From Candidatus Eiseniibacteriota bacterium (GTDB lineage Bacteria > Eisenbacteria > RBG-16-71-46 > CAIMUX01 > VGJL01), in the NCBI GenBank assembly GCA_963792585.1, contig CAWBWI010000003.1, positions 224,001 to 288,000 of the forward strand: a stretch of 64,000 nt of DNA, written 5' to 3'. Below are positions 1-10,251 of this stretch, piece by piece. The notes beneath the pieces are model-generated. The model saw only the letters and a program-made list of their open reading frames with translations, was not told where the DNA came from and made no database searches. Position 1 is the stretch's first letter, and each line of letters begins with the position of its first letter. Position numbers and translations under genes: made by a program.

Positions 1-2
1 TG

Positions 3-293
3 AGACTGGATCTCGCCTCGAAGCTCGAAGCAATCGCCCGCGCCTGCAGCGTCGACGTCGTGGTTCCGACGTTGCCCACCTGCTGCGGCTTTGCCGGCGA
101 CCGTGGGTTCTTGCACCCCGAGCTGACGGCGTCCGCAACGCTTGTGGAAGCCGATGCGCTGCGCGATCTGCAGCTCGATGGCGCCTACGCGTCGAGTCGC
201 ACATGTGAGATCGGACTTTCCCGCGGCACGGGCCGATTGTTCCGTTCCTATCTCTTCATGCTCGAAAAGGCAACCCGGGAGCGTTCGGGCTAG
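3..293 (+). CDS. C-terminal fragment of FAD-binding/(Fe-S)-binding oxidoreductase (CCG domain, D-lactate dehydrogenase-like); 5' end lies outside the window
   Basis: Open frame from the window edge containing CCGFAGDRG and SSRTCEIGL, typical of the C-terminal CCG domain. Confidence 0.75.
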   Translation, partial: RLDLASKLEAIARACSVDVVVPTLPTCCGFAGDRGFLHPELTASATLVEADALRDLQLDGAYASSRTCEIGLSRGTGRLFRSYLFMLEKATRERSG

Positions 294-2854
294 CTCCCGC
301 CTCCCGGATCGGCGCGTCGCGTCCACACGAGCTTAAGCCCCTCGAACCACAGGATGCTCACGACTCCGCCCGTGACACAGATCGTCAGATCCACCGCGTG
401 CAGCGGTGCGAAATGGAATAGATCGCGGAGGGCCGGAATTCGAAGAACGAGGGTGAGAAACGCTACGGCGCCTCCAAGCACCCAGTAGAGCGCCGTGTTC
501 CGCACGCGCATCGAAGAGAGGATCGTGCGCGACCAGGAACGATTCGTCAGGATCAATGCCAGGTTCGCTATGATCAATGTGGTGAAGGTCAGGGCGCGCG
601 CCTCCGCCTCCCCCTGTCCTCGATGGAGACTGATTGCATAAACGGCCAGGACTACGGCGAGAACGACGGCCCCCTGGAGCACGCTCAAGAGGAGCAACCG
701 ACGACCGAAGATCGGCTCCTTTGGATCCCTGGGCGGACGCCGCATGACGTCCTTCTCCTCCTTCTCCGCCTCGAACACGACGGAGCACGCAGGGTCGATG
801 ATCAACTCGAGGAAGACGATGTGGACCGGCATCAAGACGAGAGGCCACTGCAGCAGGACCGGGATCAATGACATTCCGGCGATCGGAACATGGATCGCCA
901 CGATGTAGGCCATCGCCTTTTTCAGATTGTCGTAAATCCGTCGGCCCAGGCGCACCGCCGCGACGATCGATGCGAAGTCGTCGTCGAGCAGGACGAGCGA
1001 GGACGCTTCGCGGGCCACATCCGTCCCCCTTTCGCCCATGGCGATGCCGATGTCCGCCGCCTTGAGCGCCGGGGCGTCATTGACGCCGTCACCGGTCATC
1101 GCCACCACTTCCCCATTTGCTTTCAGCGCGCGAACAAGGCGCAGCTTCTGTTCGGGAACGGCCCGCGCAAAGATCGAGACTCTTTCCACGCTCGCGCGCA
1201 GCTCTTCCTCATCCGTTCGCTGCAGTTCCTGGCCGGTGATGACCGCGTCGATCGGCTCCAGACCGATCGTGCGCGCGATCGATCGTGCCGTCTCGGGATA
1301 GTCGCCCGTGATCAGCACGACGCGGATTCCCGCTGTGCGGCATTCGCTGATCGCGGCTGGGACGGTTGGGCGTACCGGATCACTTAGACCGATCAGGCCG
1401 AGGAATTCGAACTGAAAATCGTGTTGGGCGTCGGGCAGGTCTTCCCGGGCGAATCCCGCCTGCGCGACCCCGAGCACGCGAAGGCCGGACGTCGCCATCT
1501 CCCGAACGGCTTGGATTACCGTCTCCGTCATCGGTTCCCCGATGTGGCACAAATCCACGATCGCCTCGGGCGCACCCTTCGCGGCGACCACGTAAGCTTT
1601 GCCGTCCGGGGATGTCCAAACATGCGAGAGAGCGAGAAGCTCGCGCGAGAGTGGGTATTCGTGGACGAGCGTCCAATCATCGTGCAGGTGCTCGGTCTCT
1701 CCGAGGGAGTGGACTCCCAGTTCCCGTAGGGCCTTCTCCATCGGGTCGAACGGCGCCGACTTGCTCGCGAGGATCCCATACTCGACCAGCTCATGGAAGT
1801 CCTCCGGGAGCGCCTCTGATCGGCATGGATTCACGTCCCAGAACTTCCCGTTTGCGTGAAGGCGACTCACCGACATCCGGTTCTGGGTCAGCGTGCCGGT
1901 CTTGTCCACGCAGAGGACGGTTGCAGCTCCAAGCGTTTCGACGGCGGGAATGCGGCGCGTCAAGACCCGCTTCTGCGCGATCCTCCAGGCGCCGAGCGCG
2001 AGGAAGATCGTGAGAACCACGGGAAATTCCTCCGGCAACATCGCCATCGCCATCGCAATGCCCGCGAGCAGCCCTTCAAGCCAGTCTCCCCGCGACAGAC
2101 CATAGACGACCACGACGATCGCGAAGAGCACCGCCCCGAAGACGGCGATGCGTCGAACGAGTCCGGAGGTCGCCTTCTGCAACCCGGTTTGCTCGGTTTC
2201 CGTCTCCTGCAGTGCCTTGCCTATCTTCCCGAGCTCCGTTGCCGCACCCGTGGCGTGCACGCGGCCGATTCCCTGTCCCTGAACAATCAGGGTCCCGCTG
2301 TAGACATAGGGCAGGTCGTCGCCGCCTGGGCTGGATGCAGTCGGTTCGGGCTCCCCGGTCATCTTACGTACGGGGACCGATTCGCCCGTCAGAAGCGACT
2401 CGTCGGCCGAGAGGCCGATCCCCGTCAAGAGGGTGGCGTCGGCAGGAACGCGATCCCCCTCGCTCAGAATGAGAAGGTCTCCGCGGACGACGTCGCGACC
2501 CGCGATCCGGCGCTGCGCGCCGTCGCGCATCACCAGAGCGCGGGGACTGGAGAGATCTCGGAGCGCTTCGAGGGCGCGTTCGGTCTTCCGCTCCTGATAG
2601 ATCGTAATTCCCATGACGATGAAGACGAAACCGAGGAGCATCATCGCCTCGCGAAGATCACCGAGAATCAGGTAGATCGAACCGCAGGCGACGAGCAGGA
2701 GGAACATTGGTTCGCGGGCCACTTCCCACGCGATCCGGAAAATGGTCCGCTCGTGGGACGAGGGAAGCTCGTTTGGCCCCTCTGCCAGCAGCCGGGCGGC
2801 TGCTTCCGCCCCGGTGAGACCGGTCAAGCTCCGAACATCGATCTGAACCGCCAC
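290..2854 (-). CDS. Cation-transporting P-type ATPase (P2-like)
   Basis: TGES, DKTGTLT phosphorylation motif, KGAPE, TGD, GDGVNDAPAL; multiple TM segments; TM4 motif PEEFP. Confidence 0.95.
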   Translation of the reverse strand: MAVQIDVRSLTGLTGAEAAARLLAEGPNELPSSHERTIFRIAWEVAREPMFLLLVACGSIYLILGDLREAMMLLGFVFIVMGITIYQERKTERALEALRDLSSPRALVMRDGAQRRIAGRDVVRGDLLILSEGDRVPADATLLTGIGLSADESLLTGESVPVRKMTGEPEPTASSPGGDDLPYVYSGTLIVQGQGIGRVHATGAATELGKIGKALQETETEQTGLQKATSGLVRRIAVFGAVLFAIVVVVYGLSRGDWLEGLLAGIAMAMAMLPEEFPVVLTIFLALGAWRIAQKRVLTRRIPAVETLGAATVLCVDKTGTLTQNRMSVSRLHANGKFWDVNPCRSEALPEDFHELVEYGILASKSAPFDPMEKALRELGVHSLGETEHLHDDWTLVHEYPLSRELLALSHVWTSPDGKAYVVAAKGAPEAIVDLCHIGEPMTETVIQAVREMATSGLRVLGVAQAGFAREDLPDAQHDFQFEFLGLIGLSDPVRPTVPAAISECRTAGIRVVLITGDYPETARSIARTIGLEPIDAVITGQELQRTDEEELRASVERVSIFARAVPEQKLRLVRALKANGEVVAMTGDGVNDAPALKAADIGIAMGERGTDVAREASSLVLLDDDFASIVAAVRLGRRIYDNLKKAMAYIVAIHVPIAGMSLIPVLLQWPLVLMPVHIVFLELIIDPACSVVFEAEKEEKDVMRRPPRDPKEPIFGRRLLLLSVLQGAVVLAVVLAVYAISLHRGQGEAEARALTFTTLIIANLALILTNRSWSRTILSSMRVRNTALYWVLGGAVAFLTLVLRIPALRDLFHFAPLHAVDLTICVTGGVVSILWFEGLKLVWTRRADPGGGS

Positions 2855-2903
2855 GGCCTCTACCCTCCCTCGCTCCCACGCCCCCAGAGAGGATACAGGC
2901 GGA

Positions 2904-4484
2904 TCAGTGCAACGTCACGATGCGCATCGTGCTCCTTCGTCCATCCGCTCGAAGCCGAACGAGATAGACTCCGGCCGCCAGACCATCGGGGATAGCGATC
3001 GCGCGCTCGCCTGGCCCCAGCCTGCCATTTACCAGATCCAGCACGCGTCTGCCGGTCGGATCGAAGACATCGAGACAGACCGGCCCGTCGATCCACGTTC
3101 GGAAGTGAACCTCGGCGCCAGGCCGGGCCGGATTCTCCGCCCAAAGGCGCGGCGGGTTCGGCCCATTCGGATTCGCAAGGGCGGGACTGAGTTTCGTCAG
3201 GGGGGCGTCGACCTGGGTCCATCCGACGCTGTCAACCGTGACACCCTGCGTCGAGACGTAGTAGCCGGCCGCCGAGACGCTCAAGGTATAGTCGCCCGGG
3301 CGGAGAAGCCTCCAGTAGCGCCCGTATCGATCGTCCGTCATGTGGGGTCCCACACGCTCGCTGTAGGCTTCGTCCACCCTGACCTCGGCAACCAACGGCT
3401 CGCCGGTATCGTTATCCGTGACGAAACCGGTCAGACCGGGACCCGTGAGCGCGAGATCCGCCAGATAGAAGCTCCCCCTGGCTACGCGCGAGGCGATCGT
3501 GTCGACCATCGCGCCCTCCCACCATCCATGCTGGGCGATTTCCATGAGAAGGATGCAGATGCCTGTGTGTGCGTATACCCAGCACTGCTCCTTCGGGAGA
3601 ACGTCGAGGGAGGGGACCATTCCATTGTAATAGACCGAATCGACCTCGGTCTGCGTTAGCTGACCAAGTCTCATCGAGATCGGTTGAAAGTGACGCGTAT
3701 CGGGCCCGAATCCGGGGCCTCCCGCCTCCCGCCATGGCCAACGGATCGTGAGCCCCGGATCCTCCATGAACGGAGAATGATAGTCCATGACGATCACGGG
3801 CAGTTCTCGCAGGATCAGATTGCGGATGGCCACGACCTCCGGTTCCGAGAACGGAGCCGGGCCCCTGTAATAGTAACCACTCGGATCGGTGGAGTCGTAT
3901 TCTGCCCAACGAAAGTCCCAATTACGATTCAGATCAACGCCATCTTCCGGGCAGGTGTACTGCCCATTGTCATCATTATCCCGTTTGTTCTTTCGCCAGT
4001 CGCTCCAGTTCGGAATGTCGCTAAAGACCATCCGGTGCCCATCAACGTTTACGACCGGTACAAACCAGATCTGGAGATGGTCGACCATGTCGGTGACCCT
4101 GGGGTCCTGGCCGTAGTCGGTCAGGAGCCGCTCCATCATCCTCACGATGACATTCGTCCCGTTCGCCTCGTTCGCGTGCTGCGCAGCATGAAAGAGAAGA
4201 GACGCCTCCGGCTCGCGAACGGCGGCATTGTCCGAGATGCGCGCGGCCCAGATCGGTTCGTGTCCGGTCTGCGTGAAACCGATGATCTCTCGATGGAAGA
4301 TGTCGGGGCACTGAACACGCCACTGGCTGAAGAGGGCGAGAACCTCGTCGTAGGTGTAGTAGGCGGGGTCGGGCCCGGCCCCGGGAGCACTTGTATTTCC
4401 CGCCAGAGAGATCACGAGCGCGAGCAGAACGACTCGAAAGCGCCCGCCGATTCTGGTTGTGACCACCCTGTGCATCACCACCAC
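2904..4484 (-). CDS. Secreted M14 zinc carboxypeptidase with carboxypeptidase regulatory-like domain and C-terminal FlgD-Ig/T9SS-like domain
   Basis: Signal-like N-terminus, HANE zinc motif, GVDLNRNW, GPAPFSEPE, DYHS; C-terminal VFDPTGRRV...AGVYLVRL; exact start uncertain. Confidence 0.88.
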   Translation of the reverse strand: MVVMHRVVTTRIGGRFRVVLLALVISLAGNTSAPGAGPDPAYYTYDEVLALFSQWRVQCPDIFHREIIGFTQTGHEPIWAARISDNAAVREPEASLLFHAAQHANEANGTNVIVRMMERLLTDYGQDPRVTDMVDHLQIWFVPVVNVDGHRMVFSDIPNWSDWRKNKRDNDDNGQYTCPEDGVDLNRNWDFRWAEYDSTDPSGYYYRGPAPFSEPEVVAIRNLILRELPVIVMDYHSPFMEDPGLTIRWPWREAGGPGFGPDTRHFQPISMRLGQLTQTEVDSVYYNGMVPSLDVLPKEQCWVYAHTGICILLMEIAQHGWWEGAMVDTIASRVARGSFYLADLALTGPGLTGFVTDNDTGEPLVAEVRVDEAYSERVGPHMTDDRYGRYWRLLRPGDYTLSVSAAGYYVSTQGVTVDSVGWTQVDAPLTKLSPALANPNGPNPPRLWAENPARPGAEVHFRTWIDGPVCLDVFDPTGRRVLDLVNGRLGPGERAIAIPDGLAAGVYLVRLRADGRRSTMRIVTLH

Positions 4485-4534
4485 GCGCCCTCTGCGCCAC
4501 TCGCGGGGCCGGCCCCCCGCGAGGGTATTCGAAT

Positions 4535-5824
4535 CTACCCTCGCATCACGCGGAAGTATCGACGCTTGCCCAGACGGACGAGGGTCTCGGGTCGTCCATC
4601 CCAGGCGGCGAATACGTCCTTCACGACCTCCTGCTCGATGTAGAAGCCACCCTGCTGGATGAGCCGGCGCATCTCGCTCTTGCTGGCGGCGAGCTTCTGC
4701 GGCTCGGTCGCTACAGCGACGTCAAGCCAGGGCGTCCCGGGACCCATCGCGATTGGGACCTTCACGGATTCCACCTCTTCGGGGATTTCCTTGTCCTGAA
4801 CGACCTGACGGAAGTGCTCGGCCGCGCGCGACGATGCATCCTCGCCGTGGTAGATTCGGACCAGATGCGCGGCGAGTTCCTTCTTCACGTCCATCGGATT
4901 GACGCCCCTCTGGCCTAGTCTATCCTTCAGGGAAGAGACCTCCTCGCCGGACATTGCGGTCGCGAGGTCCAGGAAATTCGGGATGAGATCGTCGGAGATC
5001 CGCATCGTCTTGCCGAATATGTCCTCCGGCGCGTCGTTGATGTGGATCGCATTCCCGTAGGACTTGGACATCTTCCGCCCGTCGGTGCCCATGAGGAGCG
5101 GGAGGGTCAGCATGACATGCGGCTTTTCCCCGAAGTGTTCCTGGAGCCAGCGCCCGGCCAGCATGTTGAAATGCTGGTCGTATCCGCCGACCTGCACGTC
5201 GCAATGGAGGGCGTAGGCATCGTATCCCTGCATGAGGCTGTACAAAGTCTCGTGTAGGCGTAGTGACTCGCCTCGCTCGAGGCGCTCCCGGAAATCACGC
5301 CTGCTGATGATCCACTTCAATGGAAACTGCGCCGCGAGTTCCACAATCTCGGCGAATGTAAGCTTCGATAGCCACTCGCCGTTGTGACGAATCTCCGTCC
5401 GCTTCGGGTCGAGAAGCCGAAAACACTGGTCGGCGTAGGTCCTTCCGAGTTCGAGGACCTCCTCGTGGCGGAAACGCTTTCGCTCGCTCGATTGACCGGA
5501 TGGGTCGCCGATCGTGGCGGTGTAATCGCCGATCAGGAAGACGACCTGGTGGCCAAGCTCCTGGAACTGGCGCAGCTTCTGAACCGGCACGAAGTGTCCC
5601 AGGTGGAGATTCGTCGAGGTAGGATCAACACCCAGGTAGACGCGAAGGGGGCGACCGGTCTTCAGCCGATCGGTCAATTCAGTCGTCATCTGCTCGCGCA
5701 GGGACCGACCTTCCTCGGCGTCCGCCTTGCTGAGTTTCGCCGCGGCCTCTCCACCTTCGATCTCGTCGGCGAACAGGGTTCCCCGCAGCAGAATCTCGAT
5801 CTGCTTCTCGACGCTGACCATCAT
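4535..5824 (-). CDS. tyrS: Tyrosine--tRNA ligase
   Basis: YLGVDPT, HLGH, GGYDQ, KMSKS motifs and C-terminal S4-like domain ending LGKRRY. Confidence 0.97.
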   Translation of the reverse strand: MMVSVEKQIEILLRGTLFADEIEGGEAAAKLSKADAEEGRSLREQMTTELTDRLKTGRPLRVYLGVDPTSTNLHLGHFVPVQKLRQFQELGHQVVFLIGDYTATIGDPSGQSSERKRFRHEEVLELGRTYADQCFRLLDPKRTEIRHNGEWLSKLTFAEIVELAAQFPLKWIISRRDFRERLERGESLRLHETLYSLMQGYDAYALHCDVQVGGYDQHFNMLAGRWLQEHFGEKPHVMLTLPLLMGTDGRKMSKSYGNAIHINDAPEDIFGKTMRISDDLIPNFLDLATAMSGEEVSSLKDRLGQRGVNPMDVKKELAAHLVRIYHGEDASSRAAEHFRQVVQDKEIPEEVESVKVPIAMGPGTPWLDVAVATEPQKLAASKSEMRRLIQQGGFYIEQEVVKDVFAAWDGRPETLVRLGKRRYFRVMRG

Positions 5825-6012
5825 CTCCTCCGTCGTTGTTTCGGCGCATCGGTCCGATCGATCCTCTACGGTGGATCGGCCCCGATGGAATCGAAGCGTA
5901 AGTATCGCATGGGGTTCGCACGGGGGTCAAATCGGGTGACCGTGGGCTCGGTCGGGCCCCGGTGGGGTCGCCGCGCTTGCCGCGGCCCCTCAGGCGGCCT
6001 ATTTTCCCTGCA

Positions 6013-7227
6013 ATGGACGGACAGGGGAGGGGCGGGCGGATCGGCGACCTCGGGGTCGTGATGGCGACGTCGGGGGCGTTCGCTTTCGCGGCACTCGCCC
6101 CGATCTCGATCGCCGCATTCCAGATGAGCGCGGGTATCGCGTTTCTGGGGGCCGCGCTTGCGATCGCTTCCGGCCGGTGGTCCTACAGACCCAGCCCCCT
6201 CGACCTCCCGCTGCTCATCTTCCTCGCCGTGGACTTCTTCTCCGCGGTCTTCGCGGTGGACCGAGCACGCGCCTTCCGTTGCATCAAGGGCGACTGGATC
6301 ATCGCCTTTCTTCCGATCTTCGCCCAGGCCTTGCGCACTTCGAGGGACGTGAAGCGCGCATACCGGATTCTGCTCGTTTCTTCGACCCTCGTCGCGGCCT
6401 ACGCAATCCTGCAGATGTTCGCGGGGCGGGATCTCCTCCGCGACCGAGGGCTGGAGTCGATCGGTCCCCTTTACATCGCGACCGGCCTGTTCGGCCACCA
6501 TCTGACCTATGGCGGGTCGGTTCTGATCACAGCATCCCTCGCGGTCGCATGGCTAGTGGGGGCGGCATCCTCACGCGACAGGATCGTCGGTGGCGTCACA
6601 GGATTGATCCAGATCGGTGGCGCAATTGCGAGCTTCGCGCGTACATCTTGGGCCGGTGTCTTCGTCGCGATCGCCGCGATCGCGCTCTCCGTCCACGGAT
6701 GGATTCGCCGCGCGGCAATCGTCGCCATTCTGGCCGGCGTCGCCGGGGCGATCGCGATCCATCCGATCCGGATGCGCTTGGCCGGCGTTCTATCCTTCGG
6801 CGACGACCCGCGGATGCGGCTCTGGCACACCGCGATTCGCATCTGGGAGGCCCATCCGATCCTCGGCGCCGGTCCGGGCAGCTTCAAGTCGCTCTTCGCG
6901 GAATACAAGGTTCCCGGAACCTATATGGCCACCGGCCATCCGCACAACGACTTCCTGAACATTCTAGTGCAGTCGGGCATCCTTGGTCTGGCGGCGTTCG
7001 CGTTCATCTGGATCCGTTACTTCCGTACGATCTCCTCGGCGAGGAGGCGGGTCGCCGACAACGATCCCAGGAAAACCTTGCTGCTGGCCGGGATCGTTGT
7101 TGTTGCCGCCTTCTTCGTGGGTGCGATGGGACAGTGTTTCATCACGGACGAGGAAGTCGGCTGCCTCTTCTGGTTCTTCGTCGCGGGGAGCCTCGTCGTC
7201 GCCCGAGAGGTCACTGATGGGATTTGA
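6013..7227 (+). CDS. O-antigen ligase (WaaL/Wzy_C) family membrane protein
   Basis: Polytopic hydrophobic ORF with R..LW..A...W..HPILGAGPG and HPHNDFL; start placed at ATG 6013, downstream of a predicted promoter. Confidence 0.85.
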   Translation: MDGQGRGGRIGDLGVVMATSGAFAFAALAPISIAAFQMSAGIAFLGAALAIASGRWSYRPSPLDLPLLIFLAVDFFSAVFAVDRARAFRCIKGDWIIAFLPIFAQALRTSRDVKRAYRILLVSSTLVAAYAILQMFAGRDLLRDRGLESIGPLYIATGLFGHHLTYGGSVLITASLAVAWLVGAASSRDRIVGGVTGLIQIGGAIASFARTSWAGVFVAIAAIALSVHGWIRRAAIVAILAGVAGAIAIHPIRMRLAGVLSFGDDPRMRLWHTAIRIWEAHPILGAGPGSFKSLFAEYKVPGTYMATGHPHNDFLNILVQSGILGLAAFAFIWIRYFRTISSARRRVADNDPRKTLLLAGIVVVAAFFVGAMGQCFITDEEVGCLFWFFVAGSLVVAREVTDGI

Positions 7228-8284
7228 GCGTGACGCGAAGCGGAGGCTGATCCGCTTCCTCACCCCCCTCTTCCCGGATCGTCGGGGAGATGGGAAGCTG
7301 CGCCGTGTCCTCTTCATCCGTGTGGACGATCGCCTCGGAAACGTGCTCATGCTGTCGCCTGCGATCGATTGGCTCCACCGCACGCGTCCCGAGATCGAGA
7401 TCGGGTTGGTCATCGGGAAGACCTTCGCCTCGATCTACGGGGCCGATCCACGCATCCGCCGCAGCATTGTCCTCGACAAGGATGCTCAAAAGGCCTTCTT
7501 CCCGACCTTTCTGCGGGATCTCGCCCGCGTCGGCTCGATTCGAGCAGACGGCGTCATCGAGTGCAGCGATCGGAACGCATTCTCATTCAACAGCGCCCTC
7601 TACGCACGGGCGAGCCGCGCCCCGCGCCGCGTCGGATTCGGGAATGATCTCTCGATCCACTACCTGACCGATCCGGTATCGCCCCCGGAAACGAAGCACG
7701 CTGCGCGCGATCCACTCTGCCTTGCTGCGGCGCTCCTGGGCGCGCCTCCTCCGAAGGACTGCCGCCTTTCCCTGCGACTGCCTGCGCCGGGCGACGTATG
7801 GAAATCAACCCTGGACGGACTCTCAAAGGGCGCGGAAGACCGTATCGTCGGCTTGCACGTCGGGGGGCGCGGCGACAAGCGCTGGCCGATCGAACGGTTC
7901 GTCGGCGTGGCGGCGGCCCTTGCCGCGGAGGGATGGCGCCCGTGGGTTTTCCAGGGCCCGATGGAAGAAGATGCCGCACCGCTCTTCGAGCCCCTACGGC
8001 CCCACGGACTGGTCCTGGTACCGAGGGCCGACGTGGTCGAGATCGCGCACGCCCTCGCCCGATGCCGCCTCGTCATCGCGCCGGACACAGGGCCGATGCA
8101 CCTCGCCTCCGCCGTCGCGCCGCGCACCCTCGCCCTATTCACGAATTCGGAAGCGGAGAGATACCATCCGCTCGGCCCCGATGACCGATGGATCGACGCC
8201 CGTGGGGATGAACTCACCGTCGAGCGGGTCATCGGGGAGGCTGTGCGGATGCTCGGATCGCGCGGCATGGAGGCTATTCGATGA
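7217..8284 (+). CDS. Glycosyltransferase family 9 (heptosyltransferase-like)
   Basis: RVDDRLGNVLM, KRWP, DTGPMHLA motifs; start overlaps the upstream gene. Confidence 0.9.
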   Translation: MGFERDAKRRLIRFLTPLFPDRRGDGKLRRVLFIRVDDRLGNVLMLSPAIDWLHRTRPEIEIGLVIGKTFASIYGADPRIRRSIVLDKDAQKAFFPTFLRDLARVGSIRADGVIECSDRNAFSFNSALYARASRAPRRVGFGNDLSIHYLTDPVSPPETKHAARDPLCLAAALLGAPPPKDCRLSLRLPAPGDVWKSTLDGLSKGAEDRIVGLHVGGRGDKRWPIERFVGVAAALAAEGWRPWVFQGPMEEDAAPLFEPLRPHGLVLVPRADVVEIAHALARCRLVIAPDTGPMHLASAVAPRTLALFTNSEAERYHPLGPDDRWIDARGDELTVERVIGEAVRMLGSRGMEAIR

Positions 8285-10146
8285 GACTTTACGCGCGTCT
8301 GCTCGGCTTCCTGCGGCCCCATCTTCGTCTCCTCGTACTCTCGATCGTCTGCATGACGGTCTTCGCCGCCTTCTCCGGGGGGACCATCGCACTGGTCGTA
8401 CCGTTCAGCCGCATCATCTTCCAGGGCGGAAATATCGAGAACCCGGCGGCGCTTCTGGAGCCTCCCGCCTCGATGCCGTCATCCTCCCAGGCGAAAGAAC
8501 CGGGATGGTTCGAGAGTCTGCAGGAAGGTTTCAAGGAGAGGGTCTACGCGACCGTCCGTGGTCACGATCCGGTCGAAACCCTCGGCCGCTTCTGCTTGCT
8601 GATCCTCTTCGTATTCTTGCTGAAGAACCTCTTCTGGTACGCGCAGTCCTACTTAATTGTGAAAGTAGAACAGGGGGTGATCCAAGATATCCGGAACACG
8701 CTCTACCTGCAGTACCTCGATCTGCCGGTGGAGTACTACAACGAGGCGCGCTCCGGCACGTTGCTCTCCCGAATCACGAACGACGTAAGCCTGGTGCGGG
8801 GCGCAATCGCCAACGGATTCGCGCAGGCGATTCGACAGACCTTGCTCGTCGCCGCCTATCTCGCCGCGGTTCTGTCGGCGAACTGGAAGCTCTTCCTCGT
8901 CACGTTGGTCGTCGCGCCGCCGAGTTTCTACCTGATCGGCAACATCGGTCGCAGGCTGCGTCGCTACAGCACGAGGAGTCAGGAACGGATGGGGGATCTC
9001 ACCGGGGCCCTCCAGGAGACGATTACCGGCGTGCGCGTCATCAAGGGATTCAATCTCGAGCGGCTCATGGGGGATCGGTTTCGCCGCGTGAACCAAGCGT
9101 ACACCAATGCCATGGTCCGGATGACCCGAACGGGATCGCTCGCCCCCCCGATCACAGAGATCCTCGGCGCGGCCGTCGGCGTCGTCATCCTCTACATCGG
9201 GGGGCGCGACATCGTTCGTGGGACGGGGATGGATGCCGGACGGTTCCTGATGTTCCTCGTCGCCCTGTTCGCGCTCATGCAACCGATCAGAACGCTCTCG
9301 CAGGTGAACATCCAGATTCAGGAGGGACTGGCGGCGGCGGCGCGGATCTTCGAGGTCCTCGACACGAAGCCAAGCCTCGCGGAGAGGTCCGATGCGGTCG
9401 CCATGCCGAGTGAGATTCGAGAGATCCGATTCGAGGACGTGTCGTTCTCCTACGTAGCCGGCAAACCCGTCCTCACGAACATGAGCTTCGCCGTTCCCGC
9501 AGGATCGATGATCGCCATCGTAGGACCGAGCGGCGCGGGCAAGACGACCCTCGTCGACCTGATTCCTCGCTTCTATGATCCTCAGAAAGGACGCGTCCTC
9601 ATCAACGGGGTCGATCTGCGCGACATGTCCCTCTCCGGCCTTCGCGGGGCCATCGGCCTCGTGACCCAGGAGACGGTGCTCTTCGACGATACCGTCGGGG
9701 CGAACATCGCGTTGGGCCGGCCGGGGGCCGCGCCCCGCGAACTCGAGGAAGCGGCCCACGCCGCGAACGCGGACGGATTCATCCGGGACATGCCCGAAGG
9801 GTACGCAACGCCGATCGGCGACCGGGGTGTCAAGCTCTCCGGTGGCCAACGGCAACGTCTCGCGATCGCCCGCGCGATCCTGAAGAATCCTCCGATACTC
9901 ATCTTCGACGAGGCGACATCGGCCCTCGACAGCGAGAGCGAGGCGTTGGTCCAAGAAGCCCTCGACCGTCTGGTGCGCGACCGGACAACCTTCGTCATCG
10001 CGCACCGCCTGTCGACGGTGCGGAGGGCCGATCGGATCCTCGTAATCGAGAACGGTCGAATCTCCGATTCCGGATCCCACGAGGAGCTGCTCGCGCGCGG
10101 CGGGACCTACCGGCGGCTTCACGAGATGCAGTTCCGCGATCTCTAG
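8281..10146 (+). CDS. ABC transporter, fused permease/ATPase, MsbA-like lipid A flippase
   Basis: TM domain, Walker A GPSGAGKT, LSGGQRQR, DEATSALD; LPS gene context. Confidence 0.9.
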   Translation: MRLYARLLGFLRPHLRLLVLSIVCMTVFAAFSGGTIALVVPFSRIIFQGGNIENPAALLEPPASMPSSSQAKEPGWFESLQEGFKERVYATVRGHDPVETLGRFCLLILFVFLLKNLFWYAQSYLIVKVEQGVIQDIRNTLYLQYLDLPVEYYNEARSGTLLSRITNDVSLVRGAIANGFAQAIRQTLLVAAYLAAVLSANWKLFLVTLVVAPPSFYLIGNIGRRLRRYSTRSQERMGDLTGALQETITGVRVIKGFNLERLMGDRFRRVNQAYTNAMVRMTRTGSLAPPITEILGAAVGVVILYIGGRDIVRGTGMDAGRFLMFLVALFALMQPIRTLSQVNIQIQEGLAAAARIFEVLDTKPSLAERSDAVAMPSEIREIRFEDVSFSYVAGKPVLTNMSFAVPAGSMIAIVGPSGAGKTTLVDLIPRFYDPQKGRVLINGVDLRDMSLSGLRGAIGLVTQETVLFDDTVGANIALGRPGAAPRELEEAAHAANADGFIRDMPEGYATPIGDRGVKLSGGQRQRLAIARAILKNPPILIFDEATSALDSESEALVQEALDRLVRDRTTFVIAHRLSTVRRADRILVIENGRISDSGSHEELLARGGTYRRLHEMQFRDL

Positions 10147-10251
10147 GCGCGGCCCTCGATCACGGTGCCATGTGCCGTAACATGGACCCGTGCCGCTGGG
10201 CATTGGAGCGGATATCCGTCGGGATGTATCCTATTGAGCGGGGAGCGTTAG

